Positions 33,128-43,096 are shown, counted from the stretch's first letter. The stretch is DNA of 64,000 nucleotides from Nitrospinaceae bacterium (GCA_965223665.1 OZ245011.1:192001-256000), one strand, 5' to 3'. Numbers and translations: made by a program. Notes: generated by a model from the sequence alone, not told the origin.

Positions 33128-33817
33128 ATGAAACTTATTGAAAAAAATGCATTAATTTTATTTGCTAAAGATCCGGTGAGGGGAAAGGTGAAAACTCGGT
33201 TAACCGAACTCTATGATCCACAAATTATTTGCGACTTATACAAATGTTTTTTAACTGACAGTATTAACCAAATTAAGCAGGTAAAAGGAGTGGATCGTTT
33301 TGCTTTTGTGTTTCCAAATTTATCATCTGGTTATTTTGAATTTTTGGAAAGTAATTCTTTAAAGGTAGAGCTCCAGGAAGGAGAAAATTTGGGACAAAGA
33401 ATGGAGGTTGCAATCCGACAAAAATTTAAAATGGGTTATGAGAGAGTGGTAATCATTGGAGCGGATTCTCCTACTTTGCCTATTAAGTATATTGAATTGG
33501 CATTTAATTCCGAAAGAGACATCGTGCTTGGTCCGAGCACGGACGGGGGTTACTATTTAATTGGGATGAAAGAAAAATTCCTTTCGGTATTTGAGGGTAT
33601 CGATTGGGGAACAGAAAGAGTATTGGAACAAACCTTACACTGGGTTCGGCAAATCAAGGCTACCTTTGAACTATTACCAGTATGGTATGATGTCGATTTT
33701 CCTAATGAGCTTGCTTTCTTAAAAACTCATTTGGATTGTATGGAGTTGGCTGGAAACTTGGAGGGGAAAGTTACTAGAAAATTTTTGCAAAGCTTTAAAT
33801 TTGAGAAAACTACATGA
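33128..33817 (+). CDS. DUF2064/TIGR04282-like glycosyltransferase
   Basis: FAK.P..GKVKTRL, Q.G.NLG.RM, IG.D.P, VLGP..DGGYYLIG, W.DVD. Confidence 0.85.
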   Translation: MKLIEKNALILFAKDPVRGKVKTRLTELYDPQIICDLYKCFLTDSINQIKQVKGVDRFAFVFPNLSSGYFEFLESNSLKVELQEGENLGQRMEVAIRQKFKMGYERVVIIGADSPTLPIKYIELAFNSERDIVLGPSTDGGYYLIGMKEKFLSVFEGIDWGTERVLEQTLHWVRQIKATFELLPVWYDVDFPNELAFLKTHLDCMELAGNLEGKVTRKFLQSFKFEKTT

Positions 33818-35100
33818 AAATCTTGAAGTATTCAGATGCAAATTTTAAAGATGAAATCAGTGCCATAATTAACCGGTGTGATGTTGATTTCCAGGAAGAA
33901 GATGAAGTGGTTCGCAGTATTATTCATGCGGTTAAAAACCGTGGGGATGAGGCGCTACTGGAATACACTCACCGTTTTGATAATGCATCTTATTCCATCG
34001 AAGATATCCAGGTAAAAGAAGAAGAAATTCAAAAAGCTTATGACCAAATTCAGTTGAACGAATTAGAAGCACTAAAATTGGCCGCAGATAATATATCCAG
34101 ATATCATCAAAAGCAGACTCAGGAGTCTTGGGAGTATAAAGAAGGTGAAGTTCAATTAGGTCAGGTCATCCGTCCCTTATCAAAAGTAGGAATATACGTT
34201 CCAGGGGGAAAGGCTTCTTATCCTTCCTCAGTGCTGATGAATGCTATTCCGGCAAAGGTTGCAGGGGTGAATCAAATCATCATGTGTTCCCCAACGCCAA
34301 ATGAAGAAGTCAGCCCTCATTCTTTAGTGGCTGCAGATTTAGCAGGAGTGAGTACAATTTATAAAGTAGGTGGCGCTCAAGCTGTCGCGGCTATGGCTTA
34401 TGGAACAGAGTGTATTCCTAAAGTAGATAAAATAGTGGGTCCGGGAAATATTTATGTAGCCTTGGCGAAACGTATGGTCTTTGGTTTGGTTGATATTGAT
34501 ATGATCGCAGGGCCAAGTGAGATTTTAGTGGTTGCTGATGAGACGGCAAATCCTGAATATGTAGCTGCAGACTTGTTATCCCAGGCAGAGCATGATGAGC
34601 AGGCTGTTCCCATCTTAATAACCCCTTCCCAAAAATTGGCGGATGCTACTTTCCTTGAACTGGAAACCCAAAAAAGCCAGAGGCAGCGAGTGGATATTAT
34701 TGAAGCATCATTAAATGATCGTTGTTTTGCATTTATTACTCAGACTTTAGACGAGGCAATGGAATGGGCAAATCAAATCGCACCTGAGCATTTGGAACTG
34801 GCAGTGGATCAGCCCTGGAAATGGGTTAAAAAAGTCAAAAATGCCGGGGCAGTGTTTTTAGGTCACTTTACGCCAGAAGCTATTGGAGATTATTTAGCCG
34901 GTCCAAACCATGTTTTGCCAACCAGTGGTACGGCTAGATTTTCTTCTCCCCTGGGAGTTTATGACTTCGTAAAGCGGACCAGCATAATATCGTATTCCCA
35001 AAATGAGCTGAAAAAAGTTGGAAAATCGTGTCAAATATTGGCGGAAATGGAAAAATTAGATGCCCATTCATTTGCGGTAAAAGTGAGGATTTCTGAATAG
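33814..35100 (+). CDS. hisD: Histidinol dehydrogenase
   Basis: YVPGGKA.YPSS, KIVGPGN.YV, DMIAGPSE, LSQAEH, APEHL, GPNHVLPT. Confidence 0.97.
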   Translation: MKILKYSDANFKDEISAIINRCDVDFQEEDEVVRSIIHAVKNRGDEALLEYTHRFDNASYSIEDIQVKEEEIQKAYDQIQLNELEALKLAADNISRYHQKQTQESWEYKEGEVQLGQVIRPLSKVGIYVPGGKASYPSSVLMNAIPAKVAGVNQIIMCSPTPNEEVSPHSLVAADLAGVSTIYKVGGAQAVAAMAYGTECIPKVDKIVGPGNIYVALAKRMVFGLVDIDMIAGPSEILVVADETANPEYVAADLLSQAEHDEQAVPILITPSQKLADATFLELETQKSQRQRVDIIEASLNDRCFAFITQTLDEAMEWANQIAPEHLELAVDQPWKWVKKVKNAGAVFLGHFTPEAIGDYLAGPNHVLPTSGTARFSSPLGVYDFVKRTSIISYSQNELKKVGKSCQILAEMEKLDAHSFAVKVRISE

Positions 35101-35451
35101 GCCAAAAGCTGGAAAGTGCTTGGAAAATTAATTCTTAGAATTGTCTTGACAACAAAAAATGGCCATGTTAAATAACAGCGTCTGGCTATGAAAGGTCGGA
35201 AGAGCCTTGCAAGTCCTTATTATTTATAAGGTTGGGAAAAACAAGGAGTTAGCGGTAACTTTGTCGCTCGATGGTTTCTTTGATGAGTTTGATTTTATTT
35301 AAAATTCGTCATTAAACTGTTTTTTTTATAGTAGATTTCGTACAAACTAGATTGTGATCAAATTTTAAAAACTATATGGTTTTGAATTTTTTAAATAAAA
35401 ACAATTTTATATTCCTAGGATGCCCAGTTTATTCCTTGAGGAGGTTAGGCA

Positions 35452-37434
35452 ATGATTAATGCAAAGGCTAAATGTTTTAGGGGTTTGCCGATTGTGCTTA
35501 TGTTGGCGTTTGCCATGTTCGCACTCCCTGGTGTTTTTGCTGATGACGCGTATGCAAAGGAAGTATACGCGGAGCAAGCATTCGCTGAAGAGGCTTTCGC
35601 CAAAGAAGTATTGGCTGAAGAAGAGGAAGCCGCTGAAGGCGGAGAGCCCCAAATTGAGTGGAGTCAAGACGTTTTCTACAAAGATTGGGAAGGTAATCCA
35701 CTAAAAGGTCCTGTGAGTGGTGCTCCGGCTCCTGAACTTGAGGATGTGGATTACAACAATTATGATTTCGCGCCAAGCCGAATTTTGCTTTGGATCGCAA
35801 ATCAACAGCATTTGTATTTCGGAAGTTTCGTTCTGGCGGTTCCCATTTTCTGTATGATCATTGAATTCTTGGGGATTCGTACTAAAGAGAGCGATCCTGT
35901 GATTTCCGAGAAATACGACAAATTGGCTCACGACTTAATGAAAGTTAGTTTGACTGCATATTCTTGGACCGCGATATTAGGCGGCGTATTGCTTTTTACC
36001 TTTATCACCCTGTTTCCGGGATTTTTTAAGTATATGGCTGGAATTTTCCGACCGGTAATGCATGTGTATGCATTAATGTTCCTGGCGGAAAGTGGTGTTC
36101 TTTATGTTTATTATTATGGCTGGGATAAAATGAAAAGTGATCCATTTCTAAAATGGATTCATTGTAGTTTGTCTGTGTTGCTCAACCTAATCGGTACCGT
36201 TTTGATGTACTTGGCTAATTCCTGGGCGACTTTTATGCAAGCTCCTGGTGGAATTGATGAGCAAGGTCGATTTTTAGGTAATATTTGGCACGTAATTCAT
36301 TCCACCCTGTGGAATCCGGTTGGGGTTCATCGTATTTTGGGTAACATCGTATTTGGCGGTGGTATCGTTGGTGCTTACGCTGCTTATCATTATCTGACTG
36401 CTAAAAATGAAGAAGAAAAAGCGCATTATGACTGGGTATGTTATGTTGCGATGTTTATCGCGATTTTTGGCCTGATTCCTCTGCCATTTGCTGGTTACTG
36501 GTTGATGAAGGAAGTGTATGCTTTCCGCCAACAAATGGGTATTACCTTGATGGGTGGAATTATGGCTTGGCTGTTTATTATCCAAGCGGTAATGATTGGT
36601 CTATTGTTCTTCGGAGCAAACTCTTATCTGCATAATTCGATGTCCCGGGTCTCGGGTTCGCATCGTTATATGAAATATTGTAAATATATGATTCTGCTCT
36701 TAATCGTTTGTTTTACGATGTGGATGACTCCTCACACTATCGTTATGACACCGGCTGAATTGAAAGCGATGGGTGGTGCGCAACATCCTGTTGTGGGTCA
36801 CTTTGGAGTTATGTCCGCGAAAAATACGGCGGTTAATTTGATGATCACTTGTACGATCCTTTGTTTCTTGCTCTATCAAAGGTCAAACAAGATCATTAAG
36901 GTAGGTTGGGCGACGATTGGTAATTGCTGGATCACAGCAATTTTTATCGGCGCTGCATGTAATATTATCTTCCTGGGTGTATATGGTTACTTCCTCCCTG
37001 CAAACCAACGGGTGGGTCTCTCAGTTCCTCAGGTAACAAGTACTTTGACGACATTGTTTGCTGGTACAGCAATTAATATCTCCATGTTTAAAGATTCAGA
37101 AAGTTATGGAGAAATACAATGGGGTACGCAGTCCAAGGTTGGAACTTACGCTATTTTCTTATTAGCGATTTCCTTTACCTGGCTGATGGGTCTCATGGGT
37201 TATATCCGATCAGCGGTACGATTGTTTTGGCACGTGACTGAAGTATTGCGTGATAATTCTCCAGATGCGTATACCTTGACAATTGGTGAAGCAGGTAAAA
37301 TTCTAACTTTTAATGCACTGTTTGTTTGGGTACAGTTTGTGATCGTTTTCTGGGTTGGTAGTTTGACCGGTAAGAAGAAAGCGGCAGAAGCGGCTCCACA
37401 GGGAGTTCCGGTGCCAGCACAACAGCAACAATAA
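35452..37434 (+). CDS. Cytochrome bd-like oxidase subunit I (CydA superfamily, Nitrospira/Nitrospina type)
   Basis: Polytopic; QQHLYFGSFVL (His19-like), FLAES..LY.YYYGWD, NSWATFMQ.P, WNP...HR (His186-like), GYIRSAVRLFW. Confidence 0.82.
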   Translation: MINAKAKCFRGLPIVLMLAFAMFALPGVFADDAYAKEVYAEQAFAEEAFAKEVLAEEEEAAEGGEPQIEWSQDVFYKDWEGNPLKGPVSGAPAPELEDVDYNNYDFAPSRILLWIANQQHLYFGSFVLAVPIFCMIIEFLGIRTKESDPVISEKYDKLAHDLMKVSLTAYSWTAILGGVLLFTFITLFPGFFKYMAGIFRPVMHVYALMFLAESGVLYVYYYGWDKMKSDPFLKWIHCSLSVLLNLIGTVLMYLANSWATFMQAPGGIDEQGRFLGNIWHVIHSTLWNPVGVHRILGNIVFGGGIVGAYAAYHYLTAKNEEEKAHYDWVCYVAMFIAIFGLIPLPFAGYWLMKEVYAFRQQMGITLMGGIMAWLFIIQAVMIGLLFFGANSYLHNSMSRVSGSHRYMKYCKYMILLLIVCFTMWMTPHTIVMTPAELKAMGGAQHPVVGHFGVMSAKNTAVNLMITCTILCFLLYQRSNKIIKVGWATIGNCWITAIFIGAACNIIFLGVYGYFLPANQRVGLSVPQVTSTLTTLFAGTAINISMFKDSESYGEIQWGTQSKVGTYAIFLLAISFTWLMGLMGYIRSAVRLFWHVTEVLRDNSPDAYTLTIGEAGKILTFNALFVWVQFVIVFWVGSLTGKKKAAEAAPQGVPVPAQQQQ

Positions 37435-37479
37435 TTAGCAAAGTATTTTTAATCTTAGCTAGAAGAGGAGAAAAGAGGG

Positions 37480-38832
37480 ATGCTTCCTGAGCAGCAAGAT
37501 ATATTATGGACATTTGTTACCATAATGTTCACGCTATTCTCGGTTTATGCTTTTGTTAATGTTATTAAACATTGCCGAGAGCACGAGGGTGTGAATACAA
37601 CATTATGGGGTGGTGTTTTTGGTGCGTTTATTATTATTAATTTATTGCTCACCAACCACATGTTTGACCTCACACAGCAAGAGCAGTTGGGTTTTATTTC
37701 TTGGCAGGTTTTGACCGTGCTAATCATGTTGCTGGTATGGGGAGTTTTCTTTAAAAGTGAAAAGATTGAAAATCAGTCGCCTCCTTTATTAAGGGCGGCT
37801 TTTTTCTATTCTACTATTTCTGTTCTTCTCGCGGGATATACCAACTGGTTGCCGCAACAGCGTAGTGATCCTCCGCCAAAAGGTGGAATTAAGCTTGAAG
37901 GGGAAATCACTATGGATCAGTATACTGAAATGGGTCGAATCATTGTGTTCGGCGCAAAGCAGGTTGCTGGTCAAAAAGCAATTGGTAAAGGTCAATGTCC
38001 TCTATGTCATACTTTTGATCCTGGGGATAATATCGGTCGCTGTCCTAACTTGTTTGGAGTTGAAGAGCGTAGTCATACTCGTGTTAAGGAAGACCGTTAT
38101 TTAAATGAGCCTATCAAAATTGGTGAAAAAGATCAGGCCTCAGGGATCGTAAAAGGGAAGCCGATGGATATCCCTGCGGAGTATCGTCGTCAAGGAAGTG
38201 ATGAGCTAAATGGTGAGGATTATATCCGTGAATCGTTGATGTGTCCTTCCTGTTATGTTGTGAAAGGTTATGGTAAAGCGGGGGATACCGTTAGCCCGAT
38301 GCCAGTTATCAGCAAGCCTCCCATTAGTTTAAGTCCTATGGAATTAAATGCCGTCATAGGTTGGTTGCAGTCTAAGGATACTCCGGGTGACTTTGCTAAA
38401 GTAACTGTTCCGTTGCCTTCAGGGGATGATAGTGCTCCTGCAGAAGAAGCTCCTGCAGACGATACGGAAGCACCTGTTTTCGTGACGGGTAATGAGCCGA
38501 TAGAGGAAATGATTAATACTTTGGGTTGTCCTCTCTGTCATACTATTCCTGGTATTCCAGGGGCAGTTGGAGAGTTAGGCCCGAAGTTGCATGAAAAAAC
38601 AAATGGTCCTCTGCGGTTGAAAGACCCGAATTATAAGGGTAAAGCTAAAACCGCTCGAGAATATACAAAAGAATCAATTTTAAATCCTAATGCTTATATT
38701 GTTATAGATGATGCCGGAGAGCCATATCCTGAAGGTGTAATGCCGCAGGATTTTGCCAGCAAATTATCTGTGAATGCTTTAGATAAATTGGTTGATTTTA
38801 TAAGTAATACTACAGCGCCTGAAGAAGGTTAA
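37480..38832 (+). CDS. Membrane-anchored diheme cytochrome c
   Basis: About four N-terminal TM helices; CPLCH at 37996 and 38527; distal Met candidates (SPMP, GVMP). Confidence 0.82.
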   Translation: MLPEQQDILWTFVTIMFTLFSVYAFVNVIKHCREHEGVNTTLWGGVFGAFIIINLLLTNHMFDLTQQEQLGFISWQVLTVLIMLLVWGVFFKSEKIENQSPPLLRAAFFYSTISVLLAGYTNWLPQQRSDPPPKGGIKLEGEITMDQYTEMGRIIVFGAKQVAGQKAIGKGQCPLCHTFDPGDNIGRCPNLFGVEERSHTRVKEDRYLNEPIKIGEKDQASGIVKGKPMDIPAEYRRQGSDELNGEDYIRESLMCPSCYVVKGYGKAGDTVSPMPVISKPPISLSPMELNAVIGWLQSKDTPGDFAKVTVPLPSGDDSAPAEEAPADDTEAPVFVTGNEPIEEMINTLGCPLCHTIPGIPGAVGELGPKLHEKTNGPLRLKDPNYKGKAKTAREYTKESILNPNAYIVIDDAGEPYPEGVMPQDFASKLSVNALDKLVDFISNTTAPEEG

Positions 38833-38847
38833 TCCTGGAGGGTAAAG

Positions 38848-39828
38848 ATGAACAAAGTAATTGTTGGTTTAATTATGTACGCGGTGGGTTGGGCGGCCTT
38901 CCATTTTGGGTTGTTCAAAATGTTTACCCCCAAAGAATTTTCTTGGGTGTTTAACCGCTACGTGTATTTTTTATTGTTAGTTCTTTATTTTATTTGTTTC
39001 AACCTGATTTTAAGGCTGAAGCCCCCAATGGCGCTTAATGCCTTAATTGTTTGGTTAACGGGTTTATACTTTTATAAGTTTATATTGTATCCGCCCATTC
39101 CTTGGACTCTCCTGATCACTTATATGATGCTTTGGAGTATCGGAACCTTCCTTTACATTTCGCAGGATCCGGTTACTTTTAAAGAGTTCAGGCGACCGAT
39201 TGTAAGAACAATTATTGGTGATTTTAAAATTACGAGAATTATAGTTTTTGCATTGCTTCCTCTTTTAGTGGGTTTTGCAACCTATAAATCTTTAGAACCA
39301 AACTTCCCGGAACCGGTTGAGTTGCGTACCGTGCATCCTGCTCCTCCAGCTACAACCCGGGTGCATGGAAAAACTTATCAATTGGAAGGAACTCAGAATC
39401 CTTTCCGGATTGATGAACAAGATAATTATAAGGATAGTTTCCCATTTCTAGATGCTGACAAAGAAAAATATGTCAAATACATCACAGAAGGTGGAACCAT
39501 CTTTTTTCAAAATTGTCATTATTGTCATGGCGATCAATTGAATGGTTTGGGAATGTTTTCTCACGTTTTCAATCCTACTCCGGCTAATTTTATCGATCCG
39601 GGAACGATTGCCATGTTACGTGAATCTTTCCTCTTTTGGCGGGTTTCAAAAGGTGGTCCAGGGTTACCTAATGAATCAACACCTTGGTCCTCTGCAATGC
39701 CACCTTGGGAAGAGCATTTGAAGACTGAAGAAATTTGGAAAGTCATTTTGTTTGAGTATTGGTATACAGGATGGCATCCAAGAACATTCGACGAAGAGTC
39801 TTCCTTTGGCGAAGGTGATAAAGAATAA
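38848..39828 (+). CDS. Membrane-anchored monoheme cytochrome c
   Basis: N-terminal TM helices; CHYCH; SAMPPW. Confidence 0.82.
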   Translation: MNKVIVGLIMYAVGWAAFHFGLFKMFTPKEFSWVFNRYVYFLLLVLYFICFNLILRLKPPMALNALIVWLTGLYFYKFILYPPIPWTLLITYMMLWSIGTFLYISQDPVTFKEFRRPIVRTIIGDFKITRIIVFALLPLLVGFATYKSLEPNFPEPVELRTVHPAPPATTRVHGKTYQLEGTQNPFRIDEQDNYKDSFPFLDADKEKYVKYITEGGTIFFQNCHYCHGDQLNGLGMFSHVFNPTPANFIDPGTIAMLRESFLFWRVSKGGPGLPNESTPWSSAMPPWEEHLKTEEIWKVILFEYWYTGWHPRTFDEESSFGEGDKE

Positions 39829-39882
39829 ACTAAATTTTAATTTTAAAAATTTTAATATATTCGAAAAGTCTAAGAGGAAATT

Positions 39883-41592
39883 ATGTTGAAAAATAAAATA
39901 TCATTAAAAGGATGGTTAGTTGGGTTTATTGCCCTTCTGGTTTTAGCTGTTCCCATTGCTTCAATGGCACAGCAACAACCCGACCCCGTCCAGCAAGACC
40001 GCTTAGAACTTGGTAAGAAGGTTTACTATAAGCGTTGCGTTTGGTGTCATGGCGTAGAAGGGGGCGGTGATGGACCTTCTGCGGATCGTTTGTTTACTCG
40101 GCCTCGGAATTTTATTCAAGGGACATTTAAAATTCGTTGGACTGATTCCGGTGAATTACCCTTGGACAGGAATTTGGAGGATACAGTTAAAAATGGATTA
40201 CCTGGATCAGCAATGCCTGCTTGGGGTGAATTCTTAAGTCCGGAAGAAATTAAATCTGTTGTTCAATTTGTTAAAACCTTGGTTCAGGACCGAGATTTTA
40301 GCGATGAGGACGAGGAAGTTAATGTTCAGGATTTTGGTAAGAATCCATGGAATACAGCGGAGCCTTATCATACTGGAGTTCCTCAGGAAGCCATTGACCA
40401 AGGAAAAGAAATTTTTGTTAAAAATAAATGTTGGGAGTGTCATGGTGGCGAAGGCCGTGGTGATGGTAACCCAACTATGAAAGATGATTGGGGATTTCAA
40501 ATTTTTGCTGCAGATTGGCAGCAATGTTGGAACTTTAGAGGATCTAGAAGAAAGCATTTTGATCCTTTCAATGTGGTCCGAACAATAACCACAGGTTTGA
40601 ATGGGACTCCAATGCCTAACTTTAAAGATCAAATTACTTTAGAGGATCGATGGAAGTTGGCGGCATTTGTTAATTCTCTTTGTCCTCGAAAGAAAATTGA
40701 TCCTCTAACAAATAAACCCATTAATGATTCTTTGATCGGTTCAAAGTTTACTGAAGGACCAGTATCAACGGACTTTAATGATCCAATGTGGCAGGCCCCA
40801 GAGCATGATCCAAATATTGTTGCTAGGCCTGCTGATTATGCCGGTGATCAAAAGTGGCATTATATAGCTTTAGCTGGTCAGATCACCCGAGGGGAAAGAA
40901 ATTTCCGACCTAAAGCTGATAATCTCTGGGTAATGTCTCGATGGAGTCAAGAAGAGCAAGCGGTTTATTATTTGGTGGAATACCACAACCGTTTCTTGTC
41001 TCAAGACTCAGCGTATCCGGATGGGGTTGCCATTCAGTGGCCGGGTCAGTTGGAAGATCTCTTTGGGGCGGAAAAGCCTTATTTTATTTACGGAGATTCC
41101 AAGAAGCCTGTTGATATTTGGAAAGCCAACTTCATGGCCAAAAACTATGATCCTACTAACCCACCTAATCCAGAGGGTTATGATTTAGATATTGGAGTTA
41201 AAGAATTAGTTGGTAAAGGATTTCAGGATGTAACCGAAAAGGAAACCCCGGGTGGAGTTACGGTAGTTAACTCAAAATTCCATCAAGGCCGTGTGAAGGT
41301 TATGTTTAAACGGACATTGACTACGGATAATCCAAATAAAACCGATGTTCAATTACCGACCGAAAAATATGTTCCTGTTTCTTTTATGGAATGGTCCGGT
41401 TGGGATAAAGAGCATGATGAGCACATGGCAATTTCCACTTGGGTATACACCCTTCTAGAGCCACCTGTTCCATTGGGAAAAATGTATATGATGGCAGGTA
41501 TTATGGCTACTGCTTTCTTCGGTTTTCAAATGTGGTTAGTTTGGATGACCAAAAGAACCCGAAAGATGTATGACGAAGGGAAAGCTAAGTAA
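39883..41592 (+). CDS. Diheme cytochrome c with C-terminal ethylbenzene-dehydrogenase-gamma-like domain and TM anchor
   Basis: Signal peptide; CVWCH, CWECH, GSAMPAW, GTPMP; DGVAIQWP...KPYF.YGD..KPVDIW..., V.FKR.L, P.SF..W.G; C-terminal TM. Confidence 0.78.
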   Translation: MLKNKISLKGWLVGFIALLVLAVPIASMAQQQPDPVQQDRLELGKKVYYKRCVWCHGVEGGGDGPSADRLFTRPRNFIQGTFKIRWTDSGELPLDRNLEDTVKNGLPGSAMPAWGEFLSPEEIKSVVQFVKTLVQDRDFSDEDEEVNVQDFGKNPWNTAEPYHTGVPQEAIDQGKEIFVKNKCWECHGGEGRGDGNPTMKDDWGFQIFAADWQQCWNFRGSRRKHFDPFNVVRTITTGLNGTPMPNFKDQITLEDRWKLAAFVNSLCPRKKIDPLTNKPINDSLIGSKFTEGPVSTDFNDPMWQAPEHDPNIVARPADYAGDQKWHYIALAGQITRGERNFRPKADNLWVMSRWSQEEQAVYYLVEYHNRFLSQDSAYPDGVAIQWPGQLEDLFGAEKPYFIYGDSKKPVDIWKANFMAKNYDPTNPPNPEGYDLDIGVKELVGKGFQDVTEKETPGGVTVVNSKFHQGRVKVMFKRTLTTDNPNKTDVQLPTEKYVPVSFMEWSGWDKEHDEHMAISTWVYTLLEPPVPLGKMYMMAGIMATAFFGFQMWLVWMTKRTRKMYDEGKAK

Positions 41593-41624
41593 TTAAGTGA
41601 TCTAAGCAACGCACTTAAAAATAT

Positions 41625-41656
41625 AAAGGCCCACCAATTTGGTGGGCCTTTTTTTT
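41625..41656 (+). terminator. Intrinsic terminator (probably bidirectional)
   Basis: AAAGGCCCACCAATTTGGTGGGCCTTTTTTTT. Confidence 0.85.
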
Positions 41657-41709
41657 ATTAAATAATTAAAAGAAAAGATCAATAATTAGAAATTATGGGT
41701 GGGTTTTTC

Positions 41710-41961
41710 TTAGTGGCTTACCTGTTCAAGGTCCATGTTTCCTTCGATGATTTCTCGAAGGGCGAGCTCATAGAATGATTTTGGTGATTCGTATTCGTTC
41801 TCTCCTACTTCAATGATGGGCTGGGCACCTTTTTCCAATTGATGGATCCTCTGGGAAACTAAAATACAAAGTAAATATCTACTTTGAACTACATCCAAAG
41901 CCAGTTTCTCATATTCCAGAATTTCCTGCATTGCATCACCAACTACAAACATTGTTTCCAT
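41710..41961 (-). CDS. rpoZ: RNA polymerase omega subunit
   Basis: SRYLL.ILVSQR..QL..GA.P ... ALREI.EG. Confidence 0.72.
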   Translation of the reverse strand: METMFVVGDAMQEILEYEKLALDVVQSRYLLCILVSQRIHQLEKGAQPIIEVGENEYESPKSFYELALREIIEGNMDLEQVSH

Positions 41962-42038
41962 GACAATCCTTTTTGGGAAGTTAAATATTATTTCTATGAT
42001 AATTATAAAATGATAATGCTAATAAACCTAAGGGTTTT

Positions 42039-43070
42039 TTAAAAAAACTCTTTGGATATTAAAAGAATTTGATCAACGTGTTCTCTTATTACATGTCTAT
42101 TAAATACAGCTCGGATGAGTCCGTTTTCCATCAGGAGCATTTTGACACCTTTATTCTCAAGGAATTTTACATAATCCTCTGAAGACCTATTGGTTGATTG
42201 TATTTCAAAAAAAATTATGTTGGTTTTAACTGCTTCCAGGTCGAGTTTAACGTCTTTTATTTTACTTAACCCTGAAGCCAATGCTTTAGCATTGTTATGG
42301 TCCTCTTTAATTTGTATTTCAGGATTTTGTAATGCTAAAATTCCTGCTGCGGCAAGATGACCGGCTTGTCTCATACCTCCACCCAGCATTTTTCTCCATT
42401 TTCTTGCTTTTTCAATCCATTCCCTCGTCCCACATATTAAGGAGCCCACTGGTGCTGAAAGCCCCTTGGATAAGCAAAACATCACAGAATCTACACTGCG
42501 AACCAATTCTTTAACATTCACGGATAAAGCTACCGCGGAATTAAATATCCTTGCTCCATCTAAATGAATTTTTAGTTGATACTTTGCAGCTAATTCCTTT
42601 ACCTGGTCAAAGTAGTCTGGAGGGATAGGAGAGCCGCAACAGTAATTATGCGAGTTTTCCAAACAGATTAACTTGGTTGGCGGAAAATGGAGATCCCGTT
42701 TACGAATATTCTTCTTAATTATTTCTAGTGGAATAGTTCCATCTGATGAATTGGGAACAGGGTGAGGATGAACTCCCCCTAAAGCAGCAACACCTCCAAC
42801 CTCATTGACAAAAATATGACTTTTTTCCCCTAATATTATTTCGTCTCCACGTTGGCAATGGGTGAGCAGGCTTACAAGGTTTCCCATGGTTCCACTGGGA
42901 ACGAATAGAGCGGCTTCTTTTCCCATGGTATTTGCAGCAAGACTTTGTAATTCATGGATTGTTGGATCTTCATCAAACACATCATCTCCTACAACTGCTT
43001 CGGCCATAGCCTGACGCATTGCATCTGTAGGTAGCGTAAACGTATCGCTTCTTAAATCGATAATTTCCAT
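42039..43070 (-). CDS. ltaE: Low-specificity L-threonine aldolase
   Basis: IDLRSDT, VGDDV..EDP, PSGTMGN, HLDGARIFN, CLSKGL.APVG, GGGMRQAG. Confidence 0.94.
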   Translation of the reverse strand: MEIIDLRSDTFTLPTDAMRQAMAEAVVGDDVFDEDPTIHELQSLAANTMGKEAALFVPSGTMGNLVSLLTHCQRGDEIILGEKSHIFVNEVGGVAALGGVHPHPVPNSSDGTIPLEIIKKNIRKRDLHFPPTKLICLENSHNYCCGSPIPPDYFDQVKELAAKYQLKIHLDGARIFNSAVALSVNVKELVRSVDSVMFCLSKGLSAPVGSLICGTREWIEKARKWRKMLGGGMRQAGHLAAAGILALQNPEIQIKEDHNNAKALASGLSKIKDVKLDLEAVKTNIIFFEIQSTNRSSEDYVKFLENKGVKMLLMENGLIRAVFNRHVIREHVDQILLISKEFF

Positions 43071-43096
43071 AGTGAATGATAGAGCTTGAAAGTTTT

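Noticed and set aside
35146..35174. TTGACA upstream of the bd-like operon as a sigma70 promoter
   Set aside because: No convincing -10 hexamer at 17-nt spacing
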